Shown: piece by piece, positions 53,635 through 64,000 of the stretch
Layout: each line of letters starts with the position of its first letter
How positions within the stretch are numbered: position 1 is the first letter of the stretch
Origin: Octopus vulgaris
Taxonomy: Eukaryota
DNA length: 64,000 nucleotides
NCBI GenBank assembly: GCA_951406725.2
Contig: OX597835.1
Coordinates: 37,944,001-38,008,000, forward strand
Direction: 5' to 3'
Position numbers and translations under genes: made by a program
The notes under the pieces: model-generated
The model's database searches: none
What the model saw: only the letters and a program-made list of their open reading frames with translations
What the model was told of the DNA's origin: nothing

Positions 53635-54195
53635 GGATAGACAGATATATAGATATGTGGACTACATTATATGGCTTAGAAGATATTTTTCAAATTGAAG
53701 GAAAGACTTGAATAATTAATTTCATTTGAACTGATAAGTATTGTCTATAATTAATAAAAATCTGTCATCATTTTGATGATACGGAAGCAGCAGATAATTA
53801 ATAATAATTCTACTTTAATGATAAGAAATCATTTACTGACTGAATAATGCTTAGAAACGCACATATGTTATATATTATATATGTGAAGGCACGTGGCTTA
53901 GTGGTTAGGGTGTTCAGCTTACGACTGTGAGGTCGTGAGTTCAATTCCTGGTGACATGTGCCCTTGAGCAAGATACTTTATTTCATGTTGCTCCTGTTCA
54001 CTCAGATGCCTAATATGAGTTGTACCTGTATTTGAAAAGACCAGCTTTGTCACACTCTGTGTCATGTTGAATCTCCCTGAGAACTACGTCAAGTGTATGT
54101 GTGTCTGTGGAATACCCAGCCACTTGCTCGTTAATTTTATGAGCAGGTTGTTCTGTTGATTGGATGAACTAGAAACCTTGCCACCATAAACAATG

Positions 54196-54500
54196 TTGTT
54201 TGTTCCTTCTCAAGCCATGCCTGGCTCATAAGGGCCGGTTTCCCAGTTTCCTTGGCGTATAGGTTCCTCACCTGGACAGGAAGCCGGTCCGTCGCAGGTG
54301 AGCTGCAAGATGCAGGAAGAAAGAGTGAAAGAAAGTTGTGGCGAAAGACTCAGCAGAAGTTCTCCATTACCTTCTGCCGGAGCCGCATGGAGCTTAGGTG
54401 TTTCACTCATAAACACACATATCGCCCGATCTGAGATTCGAACCTGTGATCCCTCGACCGCGAGTCCGCTGCTCTAACAACTAGGCCATGTTCCTCCACA
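54196..54500 (-). mobile_element. SINE family C with ~14-bp TSD, at the end of a SINE D copy (53883-54180)
   Basis: caccataaacaatg and caccataagcaatg flank the copy. Confidence 0.85.
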
Positions 54501-54704
54501 CCATAAGCAATGGCATGCCAATGCCAGTATATCATATATGCATATATATAGTAATTGCCATTATAAGAGAAAGTATAAGCACGTGGCTTAGTGGTTAAGG
54601 TGTTGAACTCATGATCGTAAGGTTGTGGTTTCGATTCCTGGACCGGGTGATGTGTTGTGTTCTTGAGCTAAACACTTCATTTATATTATATTATTATAAG
54701 AGAA

Positions 54705-55295
54705 AGGTGCTGCTGCTTTGTGGGACCGCAGACAAGCTAAACAAGAGCTGGTGAATGGCTTACTGCTATGGATGCCAAAGCATGGCTGTATTCAAGCAGG
54801 TCATCCAAACATATGTAGATCAACTCATGTGGAGGCGCAATGGCCCAGTGGTTAGGGTAGCGGACTCGCGGTCGTTGGATCGTGGTTTCAATCCCCAGAC
54901 CGGGCGTTGTGAGTGTTTATTGAGCAAAAACACCTAAAGCTCCACGAGGCTCCGGCAGGGGATGGTGGTGATCCCTGCTGTACTCTTTCACCACAACTTT
55001 CTCTCACTCTTACTTCCTGTTTCTGTTGTACCTGTATTTCAAAGGGCCGGCCTTGTCACTCTCTGTGTCACACTGAATATCCCCGAGAACTACGTTAAGG
55101 GTACACATGTCTGTGGAGTGCTCAGCCACTTACACGTTAATTTCGCGAGCAGGCTGTTCCATAGATCGGATCAACCAAAACCCTCGTCGTCGTAACCGAT
55201 GGAGTGCTTCCATTCCAGATCAACTCACCAGAGACACTAAATGTCTCCCTGAAGACCTCCCTCAACTAATGCAGAACTGAGACATGAGACGTGCA
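54705..55295 (+). mobile_element. RTE C-terminal relic interrupted by SINE C (54828-55216, 11-bp TSD)
   Basis: KQELVNGLLLWMPKHG..GHP..TYVDQL|TRDTKCLPEDLPQLMQN; TSD agatcaactca at 54817-54827 and 55217-55227. Confidence 0.8.
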
Positions 55296-55816
55296 GGTTA
55301 AAATTGTCTCAAGAAGCTCTACCGGATGGTGATGACTTGCCATTGAATATCCCCTGTCAGCTTTGCCCAAATAAATCATTTAGTTACATATGAGGTAGTA
55401 TGAATTAGTCTTGTAGTAGTCTCATTAGTATAAAGCCACCTTTTTTAATATTACTGCCCTCTCTCATTAGAGAGGGGTTTTGTCTTGCAAGTTACTTAGT
55501 AGCCCCTCTGGTGAAAGTGCCACATAAAAAAAGCAGCCAGATCACTCTCTAAAGTGTTGGGTGTTAGGAAGGGCACCCAGGGGGTAGAAACCATGCCTAG
55601 GCAGACATTGGAGCCTGGCGCAATCCTCTTGCTTGCCAGCTCCTGTTGAATCATCCACCCATGCCAGCATGGAAAACAAACAATGAAGATGATGATGGCA
55701 GCTGGTGACAAGTTCATGAGGGATCCTTATACATCTAGATCCCTAGATATACCATGCCATCATTTAGTTGATAACACTTCACACTTTATATAATCATTTT
55801 TCCTGTAAGAATATTG

Positions 55817-56647
55817 GGATCTTTTCGGTTTGAGTGGCAGTTTTTTCTAGCGGTGTCATATGAAATTGTCACCCATAATTATGACCCTAGTATCAATCTA
55901 TTGCATTTTAATCTGTTTTAGGGTTAGGGTTAGATACGGTTAGGGGTGGGGGGAAGGGTATCGTTTTTTTCTTCACAAATGTAAATAAACCCAATGTTTC
56001 TTAAACGAGGGACATATTCATATGGCACAAAATGTTTTTTTTACTTCAATAGACGTCATTGATTGGTTGAAATTGCAGAAATTGAAGAAAAAAACAACAA
56101 ATATCTTACAAACTATAGAATTTTCTCAATAAAGCCAAGAGAAAAAGATGTTTTATAAACACATTCTACTATAGGCGCAGGAGTGGCTGTGTGGTAAGTA
56201 GCTTGTTTACCAACTACATGGTTCCGGGTTCAGTCCCACTGCGTGGCACCTTGGTCAAGTGTCTTCTATTATAGCCTCGAGCCGACCAAAGTCTTGTGAG
56301 TGGATTTGGTAGTAGATAGAAACTGAAAGAAGCCCGTCGTATATATGTATATATATATATATATGTGTGTGTGTGTTTGTCCCCCCAACATCGCTTGACA
56401 ACCGATGGTGGTGTGTTTATGTCCCCGTCACTTAGCGGTTCGGCAAAAGAGACCGATGGAATAAGTACTGGGCTTACAAAGAATAAGTCCCAGGGTCGAG
56501 TTGCTCGACTAAAGGCGGTGCTCCAGCATGGCCGCAGTCAAATGACTGAAACAAGTAAAAGAGTAAAAAAGAGAGTATACGAAGTTTAAAAGTGTTTAGT
56601 TACGTGGAAATTATTTTAAAAAACTGCCATTCAAACCGAAAAGATCC
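55817..56647. mobile_element. MITE with 30-bp TIRs and 8-bp TSD (Merlin- or hAT-like), with nested SINE A at 56171-56575
   Basis: TIR ggatcttttcggtttga(g/a)tggcagtttttt with one mismatch; TSD gaatattg at 55809-55816 and 56648-56655. Confidence 0.9.
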
Positions 56648-57226
56648 GAATATTGTAGTGGCTGTTGTTGATTTCCCTGAATGGAACTAAGATCTAAGAC
56701 ATTCCAACAGTGACCATCACATCTTTCTGTATTCTAAGAGTTGTGTATTGTGGCCTACATATCAGGTCTGCTATATCTCTAAATGGAAAAGTGTCAAAAT
56801 TGTGAGACTATTCAAAAATTTAGAATGTATTTTCTTTTTTTCTGATTTTAATCTGTCTTTTACCTCAGTCTTGCAAAATTCTTACAAGTCAACTTTTAGT
56901 TTATGGAAAGAAATTTTAAAATTGAGTGAAAAAGAAATGACAAAAAAGCCACACACCCATCCACATATACACTCACATATGTGTGTATGCATATATATCA
57001 TACACACTCATACATACACGTGTGTATATACACATCTATATTCATATCCATATATATATACATACATACATACATACATGCATATATGTATACATATGTA
57101 TATAAGTATATAAATATATGTATATATATATACACACACACATATATATACATACATATACATATATATATGTATACATATCTATCTTTATCTATAATAT
57201 ATATATGGGTGTGTATATATATATCC

Positions 57227-57277
<51 letters not shown>

Positions 57278-57397
57278 GATATAGATATAGATATAGATAT
57301 ATAGATATGTATTTATTTGTAAGTAATACAAAAAGAAAATTGAGAAACTGATGTATAGACATCAATTTATTTGAACATATTCAATTCTATACAATAT

Positions 57398-57454
<57 letters not shown>

Positions 57455-59078
57455 GTATATACAGTATATATATATATCACATACGCGCATATATGCACAC
57501 ATATGTATATATATATATATATCCATACACACTCACATATCTGCATGTGTATATATAGGTTGCAGATAAATACACACACGTATCCATTCTCTGCCATATA
57601 CCTTCTCCTTCATCACTAATTATACACATATACACTCACTCAAATACAAACAGATTTCAGACATACTATATCTATAGTGATATCATCGTTGATAATACAT
57701 GACACATACGATATCTTTCTTCACAAAACTCATATTGTACTCTAAAGTTGTTATCGTGGCTATATCATCCGTACTGGATCGTTCACCATCCTACTTGCAT
57801 GTGATATCATCTAAGTATCATGATATCTTCCCGCAACTAGATACTATTTGTGAAAATATTTATCGTTGCATCTTATGTGCAAGCCTCTTTCAAGTTTCTG
57901 TGCATATGTATGTGTGTGTATGTGTGTGTGTATGTATGTATGTATGTGTGTGTGTGAGTATGTATGTGTGTATGTATGTATGTATGTATATATGTATGTA
58001 TGTATGTGTGTGTATGTATATATGTATATATGTATGTGTGTATGTATGTGTGTATGTATGTATGTTTATATGTATGTATGTCTGTGTATATATGTACGTA
58101 TGTGTGTTTGTATATATGTATGTATGTGTGTATGTATGTGTATGGGTGTATATATGTGTGTATGTATGTATGTGTGTGTGTATGTATGTATGTATGCATA
58201 TGTGTATGTATATATTTATGCATGTATGTATGTTGGTATGTATGTGTGTGTATGTATGTTTGTATATATGTAGATATGTGTGTGTATGTATGTATGTATT
58301 TGTGTGTGTTTGTATATATGTATGTATTTATGTGTGTATGTGTATGCATGCTTGTGTATTGTATTGTATATATATATATACATAACATATGCACACAGCT
58401 GCATATATATGAATATATATGTGTATGTGTGTGTACGTGTGTTTAAACAGAGATAGGGAGAGATAGAGAGAGAGAGAAAGAGAAAGAGAGAGTGAAAGGA
58501 AGATAGATATATTGATTGATAGATAGATAGATATAGATTTAAGCATTTATACTTATGTATTTATATAGGTATATGTATGCATATATATGTGTGTTATGCG
58601 TATTTATATAGAAAGAGAAAGAGTGACATATACATATATATTTGTATATAGATATAGATTTATACATATGTATCTAAATATGTATATATATGCATGTGCG
58701 TGTGTATATATATATACCTATATACATGCACACACATGTATATATATATACATTTGATGGATGATCAAGCGAGAAAAATGCGGAAACATATTCAAGATGT
58801 ATTTTTTTTTTACTCAACAGCGAATTTATATAAATGAATGACTGAATGAAGGTCCGAAAGTTTTGTGCCTTGCACTTAATCAAACTAACTTGTAAGTCGT
58901 ACATCTTGTTATTATGAAGAGAAGAACGGAAAGTTCTTATGGCATCTTTGATTAAATATGTATTGAGTAGAAGATAGGATAAATGGATAACAATACAGTG
59001 AAATTTAACAGCATACACATATATACCACAATAAAGTATACAAAATATATACATATGTATAGATAAATGATAGAAAAT

Positions 59079-59174
59079 TCACTACAATTGTTTCGATGCA
59101 TTTTTACACCTGTAGTGAGATATTATGTAGTCAATATCATCCATCTGAAGTGTAAAATGCACTTCTTCAGGTGA
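59079..59174 (-). ncRNA. Putative type I hammerhead ribozyme (Penelope-type)
   Basis: Minus strand tcac-CTGAAGA-A-GTGCATTTTACAC...GTGTAAAAATGCAT-C-GAAA-CAATTG-TA-gtga. Confidence 0.7.
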
Positions 59175-59604
59175 TGGTTTACATAAGTCCTTCGCTAAAT
59201 CCTACCGTCATTTCACTTAGTGTGCAAATACATACCCAAAATAGAGTGACATTTTCAGCAGTTTACAGACAGAACTAAACCCATAAATATAACTAAACCC
59301 AGATAAGAACTTTAAATACCTTGGATGGATATTAATGATGATACAACAACTCGTCAGTGTAATAAAGGTGGAAAAAAAATTTTTGAAAGAATTGTAATGA
59401 TTTTAAATAAAAATATCGCTCACTCCATTTTCTATCAGTTATCTATTTATAAAAACTCTACCGATACTATGGAATACCTGATATATATCCAGTAATAAGA
59501 AGATTCCCATTATATGATGATATCTGGTAGCCAATACCTGTGGAAGAGCTTTGCATAGCATACTACAAGGTTATTACATGAGTCTTATTTAACATATATG
59601 TATA

Positions 59605-60040
59605 TATATGTGTGTGTGTGTGTGTGCGCGTATGTTTGTGTGTCTGTATTTGTCCCTACCAACATCGCTTGACAACCGATGCTGGTGTGTTTATGTCCCC
59701 GTAACTTAGCGGTTCAGCAAAAGAGAGTGATAGAATAAGTACTAGGCTTACAAAGAATAAGTCCTGGGGTTGATTTGCTCGACTAAAGGTGGTGCTCCAA
59801 CATGGCCACAGTCAAATGACTGAAACAAGTAAAAGAGTAAAGAGTAATTCCTGTATCAATCTTTTAATAACCCTTTTTCCATGCTGGCATCAGTTGGATG
59901 ATTCAACAGGAACCAACCAGCCAGAAGGCTGCATTCAGGCCCCGTGTTTGTTTGGCATGGTTTCTACAGCTGGATGCACTTCCTAAATGCCAAACCACCT
60001 TTCAAAGTGTGCTGGATTCTTTTCCCATGGCACCAGCATC
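59605..60040. mobile_element. SINE A 3' half (+) followed by an RTE tail relic (-)
   Basis: Family motifs as above. Confidence 0.8.
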
Positions 60041-61156
60041 ATATTGAAGTATGTGAAAGTATGATAGAAGAACAGGAACAGGTGCTTCGCTGAAGAGATT
60101 ACTACATGACGTCCCCAGGTGGGAAGATAGAAGGAGAGACAAAAGCATGGTAAGAGTATACCCTCAAATGTATTAGATGATTATGAGAGATCTTTCTTTC
60201 ATTTTTTACTTGTTTCAGTCATTAGACAACAAACAATCTTGACCCATGCCAACTCATTAGGGCCAGTTTCCCAGTTTCCATGGCGGATATATTCCCCACC
60301 TGGATAGGATGCTAGTCCCTCACAGGATTACTCCTTTTTGCCAGCTGAGTGGATTGGAGCAACATGAAATGAAGTGTTTTGCTCAAGAATGACCACCTTT
60401 GGTCATGAATGACCATGGAATTGCTCCTAGAAAGTTCCCCTCCAAGGCACAAATCCAGGCAAGGTTGTTTGTGGAAGACTAGCTGTCTTCTATGCACACC
60501 AGCGTCTCCACTCCACACCACCGATGTTATCCAAGGGAAAAGCAAAAGGCTGATACAGTTTGACACAAGTGACATCATAACTCATTTCTACTGGATTAAT
60601 TCTACTGAATTAACTGGAGCAATGTGAAATAAAGTGTCTTGCTCAAGCACACAAAACACAGCCCAGTCCAGGAATCAAACTCACTACCTCATGTTTACCA
60701 GCCTGATGCTCTAACCACTGAGTCATGTGCCCTCACACACACACAAACATATATAAGAAGCCCATCGTAAATATATGTGTGTGTGTGTGTATGTTTTGTG
60801 TGTCTGTGTTTGTCCCCCACCATCTCTTGACAACTGCTGTTGGTGTGTTTATGTCCCTGTAACCTAGCAGTTTGGCAAACGAGACCAATAGAATAAGTAC
60901 CAGGTTTACAAAAATAATTCCTAGCATCGATTTGTTCAACTAAAAGCAGAGCTCCAGCATGGCCACAGTCAAATGACTGAAACAAATAAAAGAATGACGG
61001 GCTTCTTTCAGTTTCCGTCCACCAAATCCACTCACACACACACATATATGAAGAAATATATATATTTAACTGAACATAAATGAGTGTGTCCATGTGCATG
61101 TATATGGCTTGTGTGTGCTTTACACTTGTACATCCTTTACTAATAGATATGTATAT

Positions 61157-61588
61157 ACTCTTTTACTTGTTTCAGTCATTTGACTGCGGCCATGCTGGAG
61201 CACTGCCTTTAGTCGAGCAATTCGACCCCGGGACTTATTCTTTGTAAGCCCAGTATTTATCCTATCGGTCTCTTTTGCAGAACCACTAAGTGACGGGGAC
61301 GTAAACACACCAGCATCGGTTGTCAAGCAATGCTAGGGGGACAAACACAGACACACAAACACATACGCACACATACACATATATACATACACACACATAC
61401 ATATATATATATATACATATATACAACAGGCTTCTTTCAGTTTCTATCTACCAAATCCACTCACAAGGCATTGGTCAGCCCGGGGCTATAGCAGAAGACA
61501 CTTGCCCAAGATGCCACGCAGTGGGACTGAACCCGGAACCATCTGTTTGGTAAGCAAGCTACTTACCACACAGCCACTCCTGTGCCTA
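61157..61588 (-). mobile_element. SINE family A (a plus-strand 3' half lies at 60757-60995)
   Basis: Reverse complement of family A. Confidence 0.92.
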
Positions 61589-61939
61589 TATATATATTTC
61601 TAAATATATTTGTGTTATATTCTGATGGACGCACTTACTGAGGATCAATGAAATTGATTCACTAACACATTTAAATAGACAAATAAAATAATTCATTTAT
61701 ACATACACACACACAAACACATGTAAATATATACATACATATATATATATCCATAAGTGTTCTGGTGGCGGATTTAGAATTTTTCCTCAGTAAATCATAC
61801 ATATCTGTGTGTGTGTGTATACACATACATGTATATATAAGAACTAAGTTATATTGTTACTTTATTTTTTTACCTTATATTTATTTTTGTTCTACAGCTA
61901 ATGATCATACAGCCCTCCCCTGCACTCCAACCCTCTCTC

Positions 61940-62016
<77 letters not shown>

Positions 62017-62239
62017 TGTATTTCATATTTTGTATATATCTTTTTATACATGATTGTATGAAAATGTGCCTGTATGTGAGTATACGTTTTTCGATAAATA
62101 CATGTGTGTGTGTGTATGTGTAAGTATATATATAAATATATATGTATGTACTTGTATATCCTTATGTGTAAATATGATTGTGTGCTTGTAGATGTTTACG
62201 TATGCATCTATATATGAACATGAATTTGTGTGTGTAAAG

Positions 62240-62270
<31 letters not shown>

Positions 62271-63144
62271 AAATATATATATCTATATCTATATATATAT
62301 ACACACACATGTGTATGTGTGTTTATATGTACATACATATATACATGCACACGTTTGTATATTGGCATCCATAGGTGTGCATATACATATGCAGGCATAC
62401 ACACATGTATGTATGTGAGTGTGCATGTGTATGAATGGACACACATACATATGTCCATACAGATGCATATGTGCATTCTATTATAAAATGCATAAACGTA
62501 TATATACATATATGTACACATATATATACATACATATATATATATGTAATATTTTTTTTTGTATCTGTATGTGAGTGTGTGTATATGTATTTTTATTCTG
62601 CATTTGTGCATATGTTTTTGTGTGTGTTTATGTTGTTTGATTTTTATAATATTTCATTTTACGCATTTCTTTACCTCCTCTCTTTATTTTTTGAAAATCA
62701 TTGCTTATTACGTGACACTCCAATAAAAGTTTTGATCAAAGCATCCAGGGTGGCTTTATTATTTCTAATTTAGTTTAATAAGTGTGAGGCATTGAACTAT
62801 TGGAACTCTTACCCTTTGAGTTATTTAGCTAAGTTTGCAGCGAAATAATATAAAAATTCATAATAATATACATGCATATGTGTGTCTACATACATAAATA
62901 CACACACACACACATACATATATATATATGCAGATGCATTACACACACATATACACATACGTATATATACATAGTGTTATGTGTGTATATGCGTATTAAC
63001 TGTAATCACTATTTAAATTGTACACAAGCCGGAACTTCACAGTAATGACCAAACTAATTTGCATAATGTGAAGTTCTTGGCAGTGTTAATAAATAATACT
63101 TTATGTAGAACATGATGCATATTAGACTATTTAAATGAATTTAT

Positions 63145-63525
63145 CTGTTCTGTCAAGTGTAATGCTTATTAATTCACATTGTTTTGAATTCATTGAGCAT
63201 TATCTTGTAGCTTTGAGGTTTCAATGATGTTATTATTTGCTTTTAGAATGACATTGTAGGATAGGTGTGAGAGTCCAGATCTGGCTTGTCTGAACATTAA
63301 ACAGGTAGAATATTTGTGCTGCATATACTCTTTACTCTTTTAATCTTTTACTTGTTTCAGTCATTTGACTGCAGCCATACCGACCCCAGGACTTATTCTT
63401 TGGAAGCCTAGTACTTATTCTATCGGTCTTTTTTGCCGAACCACTATGTTACGGTGACGTAAACACACCAGCATCGGTTGTCAAGCGTTGTTGTTGGGGG
63501 GGGGGGGGAGCAAACACAGAAACAA

Positions 63526-63568
<43 letters not shown>

Positions 63569-63755
63569 CGACGGGCTTCTTTCAGTTTCCGTCTACCAAA
63601 TCCACTCACAAAACTTTGGTCAGCCCGAGGCTATAGTAGAAGACACTTGCCCAAGGTGTCACGCAGTGAGACTGAACCCAGAACCATGTGGTTGGTAAGC
63701 AAGTGACTTACCACACAGCCACTCCTGCACCTTGGTTTAAATGCTAAAGGGTTAA
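63145..63755. mobile_element. Probable piggyBac-type MITE relic with nested SINE A (63328-63730, minus)
   Basis: Right end aatgctaaaggg-TTAA fits a piggyBac terminus and target; left TIR not recognisable. Confidence 0.5.
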
Positions 63756-63825
63756 AAATGATTGGAAGAGAACTAGATTCTTAGTTGTAAAAATTTTCAA
63801 GGTACTGTAAGTGGTAGAATGTTAA

Positions 63826-64000
63826 GGCAGCGAGCTGGCAGAAACGTTAGGATGCCGGACGAAATGCTTAGCGGTATTTCATCTGCTGTTACGTTCTGAG
63901 TTCAAATTCTGCCGAGGTCGACTTTGCATTTCATCCTTTCGGGGTTGATTAAATAAGTACCAGTTACGCACTGGGGTCGATGTAATTGACTTAATCCCTT
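63826..64000 (+). mobile_element. SINE family B running off the window end
   Basis: ggcagcgagctggcagaaacgttag...gagttcaaattc...tttcatcctttcgggg. Confidence 0.9.

Overview
Eukaryotic, AT-rich, repeat-saturated non-coding DNA (intergenic or a very long intron). The SINE families and the density of (TA)n, (CA)n, (TATG)n, (GATA)n, (TAA)n, (ATG)n and (GGT)n tracts suggest an Octopus-like cephalopod genome; this is inferred from recalled repeats, not a search. I cannot support any host protein-coding exon. Nearly all listed ORFs are microsatellite translations, and the protein-like ones are decayed transposon fragments: a DD37D/maT Tc1-mariner, mariner relics, R4/Dong-type restriction-endonuclease LINEs in (TAA)n, RTE-type LINEs, a CR1-like tail and an L1/Tx1-like tail in (GATA)n. 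Four tRNA-derived SINE families, two non-autonomous Helitrons and several MITEs or fold-back elements are present. The most notable signals are: (1) about ten Penelope-type minimal type I hammerhead ribozyme motifs, two near-intact (47441-47535 +, inside a head-to-head palindrome; 59079-59174 -) plus a three-copy family sharing a CUGUAGA core variant; (2) a single TSD-bounded RTE insertion with a 5' inversion, an extra segment and a second tail (28573-29694); (3) a Helitron carrying an extra segment also present in inverted copies nearby; (4) several locally templated inverted or distant duplications.
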